Of a stretch of DNA of 64,000 nucleotides, positions 46,395 to 56,735 are shown one piece after another. Below the pieces are notes generated by a model. It worked only from the letters and a program-made list of their open reading frames with translations. It did not search any database and had not been told where the DNA came from. Source of the DNA: Bacteroidales bacterium (GTDB lineage Bacteria; Bacteroidota; Bacteroidia; Bacteroidales; JAUNSR01); contig JAVVPN010000003.1 of NCBI GenBank assembly GCA_036655755.1, positions 3,416 to 67,415 of the forward strand, in the 5' to 3' direction. The translations under genes were made by a program, and so were the position numbers. Within the stretch, counting starts at the first letter, position 1, and every line of letters starts with the position of its first letter.

Positions 46395-47003
46395 ATGAAA
46401 CGAATTACGTATCTCTGTTCTATGTTGTTGATGGGCGCGGCTGTAGCTTTTACTTCGTGTGACGACAATAAAACTTATGCCGAAAAGCTTGCTGATGAAA
46501 AAGATGCGATTAAAAAGTTCGTAGCTGAACAACAAATCAAGGCAACTTTTGTTTCGGAAGATCAGTTAGCGACATACCAGACTGATGCTGCCAACTGGCT
46601 GCCGGGTACAACCCATTTCGCCCTAAGCGAATGGTATAAGTTTGATGATAACTTATATATGCGTATCAACAATTACGGCGACACTACCAGCATGTTTATC
46701 AAGAAGAATTTGCCGGATATCGTAATCCGTTTTGATAGCTGTTATAACCTGCTTACTTACGATAACCTTTCTTCGCCGTTTGTCGGAAATGAAAATCCGA
46801 CTGCTAATCCGTGGTATTTGCAGGCTTGGAATCCGAATTATGCAGGCCAGTTCGGAACAGGACTTGAATTTCCGCTCCGCTATCTGGGTAATAACGGGAA
46901 TGTAAGCCTGATCGTTCCTTCAAAACTGGGACTGAGCGGCGACACGCAAAGCGTAACCCCTTACTTTTATAAAACAGTTACTTATACTCTTTCAAATCAA
47001 TAA
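46395..47003 (+). CDS. lipoprotein of unknown function
   Basis: MKRITYLCSMLLMGAAVAFTSCDD carries a lipobox. I recognised no catalytic motif. I prefer the ATG at 46395 to the TTG at 46371. Confidence 0.6.
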   Translation: MKRITYLCSMLLMGAAVAFTSCDDNKTYAEKLADEKDAIKKFVAEQQIKATFVSEDQLATYQTDAANWLPGTTHFALSEWYKFDDNLYMRINNYGDTTSMFIKKNLPDIVIRFDSCYNLLTYDNLSSPFVGNENPTANPWYLQAWNPNYAGQFGTGLEFPLRYLGNNGNVSLIVPSKLGLSGDTQSVTPYFYKTVTYTLSNQ

Positions 47004-47037
47004 GAGTAACTCTTATCTATAAAAATATATCAACATT

Positions 47038-48426
47038 ATGTCTTTGATTAAATCTATTTCCGGAATTCGCGGAACCATTGGAGGACAGGCGGGAGACGGT
47101 TTAAACCCTCTTGATATCGTAAAGTTTACGGCAGCATATGCTACTGTAATCCGCCGTATGGGAGCTTCCGACTCGAATAAAATCGTAGTAGGGCGCGATG
47201 CCCGAATTTCTGGTGAAATGGTGCTTTATAATGTAATCGGCACATTGATGGGTATGGGATTCGATGTGGTAAACATCGGCCTGGCTACCACTCCTACCAC
47301 CGAGCTTGCCGTAACGGGCGAAAAAGCCGCAGGGGGTATTATTCTTACTGCAAGCCATAACCCACGTCAGTGGAATGCCTTGAAACTATTGAATGAAAAA
47401 GGCGAATTCCTGAATGCTGCCGAAGGTAACGAAGTGCTTGAGATTGCCGCTGCCGAAGATTTCGACTTTGCAGAGGTGGATCAGCTGGGTAAACTGACTG
47501 AAGATTTTTCATATACACAGAAACATATTGAGAGCGTACTTGCGCTCAACCTTGTAGATGTTGAGGCGATTAAGGCGGCCAACTTCCGCGTAGCGGTTGA
47601 TTGTGTAAATTCGGTAGGCGGAATCGCTATCCCGGCTTTATTGGAGGCTTTAGGCGTAAAACAGGTTGAAAAACTATATTGCGAACCAAACGGACAGTTC
47701 CCGCACAATCCGGAGCCGCTTCCTGAACATCTTACCGATATTTCGGCATTGATGAAAGAGGGGCGTGCCGATGTAGGTTTTGTGGTTGATCCCGATGTAG
47801 ACCGCCTGGCGGTAATCTGCGAGAACGGAGCGATGTTTGGCGAAGAATATACATTGGTGGCGGTAGCCGACTATGTATTGCGTCATACGCCGGGTAACAC
47901 CGTATCCAACCTGAGCTCTTCACGCGCGTTGCGCGACGTAACCCGCGCATTGGGCGGCGAATACAATGCTGCCGCTGTGGGAGAAGTAAACGTGGTTGCC
48001 AAAATGAAAGAAACCGGTGCCGTAATCGGTGGCGAAGGTAATGGCGGGGTTATTTATCCTGAATCTCATTACGGACGCGATGCTCTGGTGGGGATTGCTT
48101 TGTTCCTTACTCATTTGGCTAAGACAGGTAAAAAAGTGAGCGAACTGCGCGCTTCTTATCCTGCTTACTCTATCGCGAAACAGAAAGTGGAATTAACTCC
48201 GGATATCGATGTAGATGCATTGTTGATCGCGGTAAAAGAGAAATACGCACAATACGATATTACCGATATCGACGGTGTGAAAATCGATTTCCCTGATCGT
48301 TGGGTTCACCTGCGCAAGTCGAATACGGAACCGATCATCCGTGTGTATGCTGAAGCGGCTACTGCTCAGGAAGCCGAAGATACTGCTGCCGGCGTGATGA
48401 GCGTAATTCGTGAAATGGCTAAATAA
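47038..48426 (+). CDS. glmM: phosphoglucosamine mutase / phosphohexomutase family
   Basis: The active-site loop TASHNP, the metal site DPDVDR and the sugar loop GGEGNGG occur in 462 aa. Confidence 0.85.
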   Translation: MSLIKSISGIRGTIGGQAGDGLNPLDIVKFTAAYATVIRRMGASDSNKIVVGRDARISGEMVLYNVIGTLMGMGFDVVNIGLATTPTTELAVTGEKAAGGIILTASHNPRQWNALKLLNEKGEFLNAAEGNEVLEIAAAEDFDFAEVDQLGKLTEDFSYTQKHIESVLALNLVDVEAIKAANFRVAVDCVNSVGGIAIPALLEALGVKQVEKLYCEPNGQFPHNPEPLPEHLTDISALMKEGRADVGFVVDPDVDRLAVICENGAMFGEEYTLVAVADYVLRHTPGNTVSNLSSSRALRDVTRALGGEYNAAAVGEVNVVAKMKETGAVIGGEGNGGVIYPESHYGRDALVGIALFLTHLAKTGKKVSELRASYPAYSIAKQKVELTPDIDVDALLIAVKEKYAQYDITDIDGVKIDFPDRWVHLRKSNTEPIIRVYAEAATAQEAEDTAAGVMSVIREMAK

Positions 48427-48444
48427 TAAATAGATGAATATTCG

Positions 48445-48476
48445 AAAGACCCGCAACTCTGCGGGTCTTTTTTTTG
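48445..48476 (+). terminator. intrinsic terminator after glmM
   Basis: The stem AAAGACCCGC/GCGGGTCTTT with a 6-nt loop is followed by a T-run. Confidence 0.85.
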
Positions 48477-48522
48477 CACCGGCCCTTCCTTTTGATATCA
48501 AATACTTCTTCTTTGTTAAGCT

Positions 48523-48704
48523 GATAGTGGCTTTTGTCATCGGCGATAGTGGCTTCTGTCATCGGCGATAGTAGTGTGGTGATGCACTCACGGGGAGCGG
48601 ATGTGTGCTTCAAGAGGGACGGATGTGTGCCTCACGAGGGGCGGATGTGTGCTTCATGGGGCACACTATTGTGCTTCTTGAAGCAAACTATTGTTTCCGA
48701 ATGG
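48523..48704. repeat. degenerate tandem repeat array, period ~21-22 nt (about 8 units)
   Basis: Two units of GATAGTGGCTT(T/C)TGTCATCGGC lie at 48523 and 48545, followed by a diverged third. Three units of CGGATGTGTGC(T/C)TCA...GGG(G/A) lie at 48598, 48620 and 48642. Two decayed copies follow at 48662 and 48684 (CACACTATTGTGCTTCTTGAAG, CAAACTATTGTTTCCGAATGG). Confidence 0.8.
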
Positions 48705-48860
48705 CAAGGAAGCGCTCCCCGTGAAGGCTACGCGGAAGAACCATCGCCAAAAGCAAAAAGAACTATCCGGAAATGGGAAAAGAAATAGCGTTTAATTTTA
48801 TTGACACAGTTATTCGCACAAATTAGGGAAAAATGGATGGCATAAAGCTATTCTTGGCGG

Positions 48861-48868
48861 TATCTTTG
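48861..48868 (+). promoter_or_regulatory. candidate -7 box for the 5'-nucleotidase gene
   Basis: TATCTTTG lies 37 nt upstream of the ATG at 48905. Confidence 0.5.
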
Positions 48869-48904
48869 CAGTAATTTAAAAATCCTTTTTAATCATTTTA
48901 GATT

Positions 48905-50677
48905 ATGCAAATCAATCGAAAAGCGCTGCTTCCGGTAGCTGCTGTTTTAGGACTTGCTGCTTTGTTTGGCTGTAAGCAGAAGCCACAAGATGCAGAACTG
49001 ACTTTGCTTTATACAACCGATCTTCACGGCGCGATATTGCCGTATGATTTTAATAAAGACAAGGTTGCCGCTACCAGTATGGCGAATGTGGCGACTTATG
49101 TGAAACAGGAACGGGCAAAAGATAAAGACGGCGTGTTGTTGCTGGATGCGGGCGACTTTTTACAGGGGCAGCCGTCTATTTATTATTCGAATTTTGAAGA
49201 TACCATCGGCGAGCATATTCAGGCGCGTGTGATGGAATATGTAGGATATGAGGCGGCAGCTGTCGGGAATCATGATATTGAGCCGGGTGAAGCCGTATAC
49301 AGCCGTGTACAGAAAGATTTTGATTTCCCTTGGTTGGCGGCAAATGCCATTGATACGCGTACGGGAAAACCATTCTTTCAACCTTATGCGGTATATGAAA
49401 AGAATGGTATCAAGGTTGCCGTATTGGGGATGATTACTCCCAATATTCAGGCTTGGTTGCCGAAATATCTGTGGGAGAACATCGAGTTTCGTGACATGGT
49501 GGAAACCGCACAGGAGTGGGTACCTTACATTCAGCAAAAAGAGAAACCCGATTTGCTGATCGGACTGTTCCATTCGGGAAGCGACTATACGGCGAATGGC
49601 AGTACGATAGATACCTATAAAAATGAGAACGGTGCGATTCCGGCAGTAACGAAAGTGGATGGATTCGACATTGCGTTGCTCGGACACGACCATCAGGAAA
49701 AAGTGGACGAAATTACCAATAACTTTGGTAATAAGGTGGTGATTCTTGATGCGCAGACGGGTGCCCGCTATGTGGGGCGTGCCGATATCAAACTTCATCG
49801 CAACGGCGATAAGTATGAAAAAACAATTACTCCTTCGTTGGTAGAGATGAAGAATGTGCCGCAGGATAGTGCTTTTGTGGCAGCATTCAGTAAGGATGTA
49901 AAACAGATCAATGAATATGTGGATGCGCAGATCGGATTGCTTTCGGATACGTTGCGCAGTACCGACGCGCTTTACGGGCCTTCTGAATTTATGGACCTGA
50001 TTCATGACGCTCAGTTGGAAGCAACGGGTGCCGACGTTTCGTTTGCGGGCGTATTATCGACCGATGCAGTGATTCCGACAGGAAAACTGACAATGCGTAA
50101 CCTGTTTACGCTTTATAAATATGAGAACCTGCTTTATACGATGTCGTTGAGCGGAAAGGAGATCAAGGATTTTCTGGAATACGGATTCGGCCGTCAGTAT
50201 AACCAAATGAAATCGCCGAAAGATCATTTGTTGAATTTCAAGAAAGATGAAAAAGGGAATTTGGTGAAGAGCGCCCGTTTCGGTTACTCTTTTGTAACGC
50301 CTTCATTCAACTTTACGTCGGCTGCCGGAATCAAATATACGGTAGATGTCACTAAACCGGTTGGTGAGCGCGTAACGATCCTGTCGATGAGCGACGGTAC
50401 GCCATTTGATGCTGACAAGCAGTATAAGGTGGCTGTCAATTCGTATCAGGCGAGTGGGGGCGGCGGCTTCTTCTTTGAAGGGCTTGGCTTTACCAAAGAG
50501 CAGACGGATGCACGCGTAATCAATGCTTCGAAAAATGATGTGCGCAAATATATTGCCGATTACATTCGTAAACAGCAGACGATTACTCCGAAAAGCAGAG
50601 GTGACTGGAAGGTGATTCCGGAAAACTATTTTGAAGCGGGTAAAGCGACCGATATGAAACTGATGGGCGGTAAATAA
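48905..50677 (+). CDS. bifunctional metallophosphatase/5'-nucleotidase lipoprotein (UshA/CpdB family)
   Basis: The lipobox is LFGCKQ. Metallophosphatase motifs TTDLHG, GDFLQG and GNHDIE are present, with a C-terminal nucleotidase substrate-binding domain. Confidence 0.85.
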   Translation: MQINRKALLPVAAVLGLAALFGCKQKPQDAELTLLYTTDLHGAILPYDFNKDKVAATSMANVATYVKQERAKDKDGVLLLDAGDFLQGQPSIYYSNFEDTIGEHIQARVMEYVGYEAAAVGNHDIEPGEAVYSRVQKDFDFPWLAANAIDTRTGKPFFQPYAVYEKNGIKVAVLGMITPNIQAWLPKYLWENIEFRDMVETAQEWVPYIQQKEKPDLLIGLFHSGSDYTANGSTIDTYKNENGAIPAVTKVDGFDIALLGHDHQEKVDEITNNFGNKVVILDAQTGARYVGRADIKLHRNGDKYEKTITPSLVEMKNVPQDSAFVAAFSKDVKQINEYVDAQIGLLSDTLRSTDALYGPSEFMDLIHDAQLEATGADVSFAGVLSTDAVIPTGKLTMRNLFTLYKYENLLYTMSLSGKEIKDFLEYGFGRQYNQMKSPKDHLLNFKKDEKGNLVKSARFGYSFVTPSFNFTSAAGIKYTVDVTKPVGERVTILSMSDGTPFDADKQYKVAVNSYQASGGGGFFFEGLGFTKEQTDARVINASKNDVRKYIADYIRKQQTITPKSRGDWKVIPENYFEAGKATDMKLMGGK

Positions 50678-50707
50678 TTCGTGCCGGCCTGATTATATAA
50701 GCAGAAG

Positions 50708-50746
50708 GGAGATGTGTCTTTAAATAGGCGCATCTCCTTTTTTTTA
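50708..50746 (+). terminator. intrinsic terminator after the 5'-nucleotidase gene
   Basis: The stem GGAGATG/CATCTCC is followed by T8. Confidence 0.7.
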
Positions 50747-51010
50747 TTTAAAAACAAGTTGACAAAACAAAAAACAAACTCTTTTTGTTGTTTATGCGTA
50801 TTGTATTTGCAAAAAACAGACAAAAGCGGTTAATTTAATCGGAAAACTTGTCAGCAAACCGGAGGAACTGTGTCAGTATTATAGGCTTTCTTGTCAGAAT
50901 TGAGAGGGAGCTTAAAATGGCACGGACTTTGTGTAAGATTTAAATGAAATCTTTTAACCCAAAAAAGATTTGAAATCGTATAAATTATTAATTCTATAAA
51001 GAAGCTTATT

Positions 51011-51280
51011 ATGAACATTAAACCATTAGCAGATAGAGTATTGGTAAAACCGGCTCCTGCAGAAGAAAGAACATTGGGAGGAATCATTATTCCGGATTCT
51101 GCAAAAGAAAAACCTCTTAAAGGGGAAGTAGTTGCGGTGGGAACCGGAACAAAAGATGAAGATATGATTGTTAAACCGGGTGATCAGGTTCTTTATGGTA
51201 AATATGCCGGAACAGAACTTGACCTGGATGGTACGATTTATCTGATTATGCGTCAGTCTGATATTCTTGCAATTATTTAA
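51011..51280 (+). CDS. groES: co-chaperonin GroES
   Basis: The 89-aa ORF reads [14 protein letters not shown]...[13 protein letters not shown]...G.V.AVG. Confidence 0.97.
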   Translation: MNIKPLADRVLVKPAPAEERTLGGIIIPDSAKEKPLKGEVVAVGTGTKDEDMIVKPGDQVLYGKYAGTELDLDGTIYLIMRQSDILAII

Positions 51281-51286
51281 TTCTAA

Positions 51287-52933
<1,647 letters not shown>

Positions 52934-52957
52934 TTCTGACAAACAAGATAAAAATAG

Positions 52958-52988
52958 AACCGGACTCCTTTTGGTGTCCGGTTTTTTG
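52958..52988 (+). terminator. intrinsic terminator after groEL
   Basis: The stem AACCGGAC/GTCCGGTT is followed by TTTTTGTTTT. Confidence 0.75.
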
Positions 52989-52991
52989 TTT

Positions 52992-52999
52992 TACTTTTG
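52992..52999 (+). promoter_or_regulatory. candidate -7 box for the YidE/YbjL-type transporter gene
   Basis: TACTTTTG lies 54 nt upstream of the ATG at 53053. Confidence 0.4.
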
Positions 53000-53052
53000 C
53001 GCCCTAAAACAACTCGGCGAAGGCCGAATCAGAATCATCAATTTCCGTATCG

Positions 53053-54729
53053 ATGGAATGGCTTGACAGTTTACTATTTGAACACTCCGTGATTCAGGCA
53101 GTGGTAGTGCTTTCGACGATTGTAGCTCTAGGGCTTGCGTTGGGTAAGTTAAAGTTACTGGGCGTTTCGCTCGGTGTGACTTTCGTGTTTTTTATTGGAA
53201 TCCTCGCAGGACATCTTGGATTGAGTATTGATCCGCAAATGTTGAGCTATGCCGAAAGTATGGGCTTGATATTGTTTGTTTATGCGCTTGGATTGCAGGT
53301 CGGACCATCGTTTTTTGCTTCTTTCTTTAAAGGGGGCATCAAACTGAATGCGTTGGCAATGGCAGTGGTATTTGTCGGAACGGCAATGATGCTCGGGTTT
53401 TATTTCCTGACAGACATCTCGTTGCCGGAAATGACCGGTATCTTTTGCGGTGCAATCACCAATACGCCGGCTTTGGGGGCAGCTCAGCAAACCCTGAAGC
53501 AGTTGTCGCTCGATACTCCGGCCGGACAGCCGGACCTGGCGCTCGGGTGTGCGGTAACTTATCCGCTCGGAGTAGTGGGGGTGATTCTCGGATTGATTTT
53601 CTTGCGCCGCTTTGCCTCGGTGGGAGTGGTAAATGAATTGACGCCTGCTTCACACGGAAGTTCGAAAACCTATATTGCTGGATTTCAGATCATCAATCCG
53701 GCTATCTACAATAAGTCGGTACAGGAAATCGCCTCTTTTATACCCAATAAGTTTATTATTTCGCGTGTATGGCAGGATGGGAAAGTGATTATACCTACTT
53801 CTCAAACAATTCTGACAGAAGGGGAGCGTATTCTTGTAATCGCGACTGAAGGTGATATCCGCGCCCTGACCGCATTATTTGGCGAGCAGGTGGGGGATGA
53901 CTGGAACAAGGAGGATATTGACTGGAATGCGATTGACAGTCAGCTGATCTCTCAACGCATCCTTGTAACGCAGAATGAAATCAATGGGAAAAAGATTTCT
54001 CAGTTGCGATTGAGGAATAAGTATGGCGTTAATATTACGCGAGTTTTTCGCTCGGGTATGAATTTGTTGGCGACGCCTGCGCTGACCTTGCAATTGGGTG
54101 ACCGATTGACAGTGGTCGGTGAGAAAAATTCGATTCAGGAAGTTGAAAAGCTGTTGGGTAATCGTATGAAGCGACTGAATGAGCCTAACCTGGTAGCTAT
54201 TTTTATCGGAATAACGCTTGGTTTGATTCTAGGATCTATACCATTCAGTGTGCCGGGCATTTCGTTGCCTGTAAAACTTGGATTGGCGGGTGGCCCGATT
54301 GTTATCGGTATTTTGATGGGAGCTTTCGGGCCCCGGTTTCATATCGTTACTTACACCACGCAGAGTGCGAACCTGATGTTGAGGGGATTTGGTATCAGTA
54401 TGTATCTGGCATGTTTGGGATTGGATGCGGGAGCTCATTTCTTTGAAACCGTATTCCGTACGGAAGGTTTGATCTGGGTGATGATCGGTTTTGCCCTGAC
54501 GGTGTTGCCGGTATTGCTGGTGGGGATTTATGCTTTGAAAATAAATAAGATAGATTATCCAACCGTATGCGGGATGTTGTGCGGAAGTATGGCGAATCCG
54601 ATGGCTCTGAATTATGCGAACTCGACAGTTGAAGGGGATCAACCCTCGGTATCCTATGCGACGGTATATCCGTTGTGTATGTTTGCGCGAGTCATCATTG
54701 CTCAGCTGATATTATTGATATTTCTTTAA
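53053..54729 (+). CDS. putative transporter of the YidE/YbjL (aspartate:alanine exchanger, AAE) family with central TrkA-C domains
   Basis: The 558-aa ORF has two membrane halves flanking two TrkA-C-like segments. The N-terminus (GLALGKLKLLGVSLGVTFVFFIGILAGHLG) is typical of the family. Confidence 0.85.
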   Translation: MEWLDSLLFEHSVIQAVVVLSTIVALGLALGKLKLLGVSLGVTFVFFIGILAGHLGLSIDPQMLSYAESMGLILFVYALGLQVGPSFFASFFKGGIKLNALAMAVVFVGTAMMLGFYFLTDISLPEMTGIFCGAITNTPALGAAQQTLKQLSLDTPAGQPDLALGCAVTYPLGVVGVILGLIFLRRFASVGVVNELTPASHGSSKTYIAGFQIINPAIYNKSVQEIASFIPNKFIISRVWQDGKVIIPTSQTILTEGERILVIATEGDIRALTALFGEQVGDDWNKEDIDWNAIDSQLISQRILVTQNEINGKKISQLRLRNKYGVNITRVFRSGMNLLATPALTLQLGDRLTVVGEKNSIQEVEKLLGNRMKRLNEPNLVAIFIGITLGLILGSIPFSVPGISLPVKLGLAGGPIVIGILMGAFGPRFHIVTYTTQSANLMLRGFGISMYLACLGLDAGAHFFETVFRTEGLIWVMIGFALTVLPVLLVGIYALKINKIDYPTVCGMLCGSMANPMALNYANSTVEGDQPSVSYATVYPLCMFARVIIAQLILLIFL

Positions 54730-54760
54730 AAGCCCTGTGGGCCTTTTAAAATACTCATGT

Positions 54761-54807
54761 AAAAAAAGCTTACTCTGGTTTCCAGTAAACCAGAGTAAGC
54801 TTTTTTT
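54761..54807. terminator. bidirectional intrinsic terminator
   Basis: A 13-bp perfect stem GCTTACTCTGGTT/AACCAGAGTAAGC is flanked by A7 and T7. Confidence 0.85.
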
Positions 54808-54830
54808 ATGTAGCATAAATAAAGGGAGAA

Positions 54831-55172
54831 TCAGAAGTTATCGCACTCTTTTTCTACGGCAACAGTAGTTTCGTTTTCTTCTTCCTGATAATTTTCATTT
54901 CTGATAAAATCAAGAACTTCTGTCAGACCGTCGGCGAATTTGTTGAAATCTTCTTTGTAAAGAAAGATTTTGTGTTTTTCAAACTGAAAGCTTACATCAT
55001 CACCGGTTCCGGTTGTGATTTTTTTGCTTTCTGTAATGGCAAGAAATAATTCATCTCTTTTATTTCTTTTTACATCCAGGTAATAGATTCGCTTGCCCGC
55101 TTTGATAGCCTTTGAAAAGATAATATCGCTTTCTCTTTTTTCAGGATGGTCTTTTCTTTTATTATCTTCCAT
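54831..55172 (-). CDS. PUR-like (DUF3276) nucleic-acid-binding protein
   Basis: The 113-aa ORF reads FSKAIKAGKRIYYLDVKRNKRDELFLAITESKK...KIFLYKEDFNKF, as in the bacterial PUR-alpha-like family. Confidence 0.7.
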   Translation of the reverse strand: MEDNKRKDHPEKRESDIIFSKAIKAGKRIYYLDVKRNKRDELFLAITESKKITTGTGDDVSFQFEKHKIFLYKEDFNKFADGLTEVLDFIRNENYQEEENETTVAVEKECDNF

Positions 55173-55358
55173 ATTCTTTTAATTATTGAAATCAAATCGT
55201 TTAACTACTTTTTAATTACTTGTTCAAATATGTAAAAAAATAAATTAAACAACAAAGATTTAAGCTATTAATTATTAAAAATAGGCAAAAAAACATTAGT
55301 CGGGAATAATTTGCATATAAAAACGGAGGCTAATCTTTTTAAAACGGTGAAAATCGGC

Positions 55359-55366
55359 TAACTTTG
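55359..55366 (+). promoter_or_regulatory. candidate -7 box for nusB
   Basis: TAACTTTG lies 32 nt upstream of the ATG at 55398. Confidence 0.5.
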
Positions 55367-55397
55367 CAGTTCTAATATAAAGTAGTTCATTTAAACG

Positions 55398-56318
55398 ATG
55401 GTAAACAGAATTTTGATTCGAATAAAAGTTGTACAGATTGTATATTCTTTTTTAAAGGGTGACAAGGATATGAGTACAGCTGAGAAAGAGTTGTTTTTTT
55501 CTCTGGAAAAAGCGTATGATTTATATCATTACTTGCTTGTGTTGATGATTGAGTTGACAGATTTGCAGAAAAAGCGTATAGAAACAGCGAAAGCAAAATA
55601 TATGCCGACTCACGAGGAATTGAATCCGAATACACGTTTTATCGACAATCGTTTTATCCAGACACTTCGCAACAATCCTCAGTTAATAGATTATACTTCT
55701 CAGCAAAAACTATCATGGGTAAATGAATCGGACTTTCTGAAAGTCTTATTGGATGAAATTATTGCTTCTGATTTGTATGAGCAATATATGAATTCGTCTG
55801 AAGATTCATTTAAAGCAGACCGCGATTTCTGGCGTCAGGCATTTAAAACTATCATTGCACCAAACGAGCTGATGGGCGAGATTCTGGAAGATCAGAGCTT
55901 GTACTGGAATGACGACCTGGATGTAATTGGTACGTTCGCATTGAAAACAATCAAGAAATTTGATGAGAATCCTGAAAACAATCAGCTGATTCCGATGTTT
56001 AAGGATGAAGACGACAGCGAATTTGCACGTAAGCTGTTCCGTAAGGCATTGCTTGATGCAGACCGTTTCCGTAAATTGATCGAAGAAAATACCAAAAACT
56101 GGGATATCGATCGCCTTGCGTTTATGGATATTGTGATTATGATTGTAGCCTTGGCTGAGATTACGACTTTCCCGTCGATTCCGGTAAAAGTATCTTTGAA
56201 CGAATACATCGAAATTGCTAAAACTTACAGCACTCAGCGTAGTGGAAAGTTTATCAACGGTATCCTGGACGGAATCGTTACACGCTTAAAAAAAGAGGGT
56301 GATATCACCAAAGATTAA
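55398..56318 (+). CDS. nusB: transcription antitermination factor NusB (long Bacteroidota form)
   Basis: The N-terminus RILIRIKVVQIVYSF and the C-terminal NusB fold segment (VIMIVALAEI...PVKVSLNEYIEIAKTYS...SGKFINGILD) are present. Confidence 0.85.
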   Translation: MVNRILIRIKVVQIVYSFLKGDKDMSTAEKELFFSLEKAYDLYHYLLVLMIELTDLQKKRIETAKAKYMPTHEELNPNTRFIDNRFIQTLRNNPQLIDYTSQQKLSWVNESDFLKVLLDEIIASDLYEQYMNSSEDSFKADRDFWRQAFKTIIAPNELMGEILEDQSLYWNDDLDVIGTFALKTIKKFDENPENNQLIPMFKDEDDSEFARKLFRKALLDADRFRKLIEENTKNWDIDRLAFMDIVIMIVALAEITTFPSIPVKVSLNEYIEIAKTYSTQRSGKFINGILDGIVTRLKKEGDITKD

Positions 56319-56392
56319 GGTATTTTTGTTACATTTGTAGAAAGCGAACATTCGCAAACAAATAAATTATAACAATATTAAATCTTGTGTTT

Positions 56393-56716
56393 ATGAACTT
56401 ATTAAACATTTTTCTGCAGGCTCAGGCCGGAGGTAATCCGAGCGGAGGTGTGATGAATATAGTGTTCATCATTGCTATCGTAGCCATCTTCTATTTCTTT
56501 ATGATCCGTCCGCAGTCTAAGCGTCAGAAAGAGATCAAGAAATTCCGTGAAAGTCTTAAAGTGGGTGATCAGGTGATCACAGCCGGGGGCATCTATGGTA
56601 AAATCAAAGAGGTAAAAGATGATTCTATCATCCTAACCATTGCTGACGGTGTAACAATCCGTATTTCAAAAGATTCTGTTTATCAGAATGCAACTGATAC
56701 ACAGCAAACAAAATAA
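56393..56716 (+). CDS. yajC: preprotein translocase subunit YajC
   Basis: A single TM helix is followed by MIRPQSKRQKE...L.VGD.V.T.GGI.GKI. I prefer the ATG at 56393. Two TAnnTTTG boxes lie at 56321-56328 and 56330-56337. Confidence 0.85.
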   Translation: MNLLNIFLQAQAGGNPSGGVMNIVFIIAIVAIFYFFMIRPQSKRQKEIKKFRESLKVGDQVITAGGIYGKIKEVKDDSIILTIADGVTIRISKDSVYQNATDTQQTK

Positions 56717-56735
56717 GATTTAACACAAGTGTCTG

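Noticed and set aside
48523-48704. Tandem repeats considered as a mini CRISPR array that could pair with the orphan Cas6-like gene.
   Set aside because: The units are directly adjacent with no unique spacers. They are only 20-22 nt long, decay along the array, and lie 12 kb from the cas6-like gene.
48534-48788. An 84-aa ORF spanning the repeat region.
   Set aside because: It starts inside the repeat array and has no promoter-proximal start. Its composition is driven by the repeats, and alternative frames are equally open.
50750-51010. CIRCE heat-shock operator upstream of groES.
   Set aside because: No TTAGCACTC-N9-GAGTGCTAA-like inverted repeat is present. Only an AT-rich 8-bp hairpin (TAAGATTT/AAATCTTA-like) is seen.
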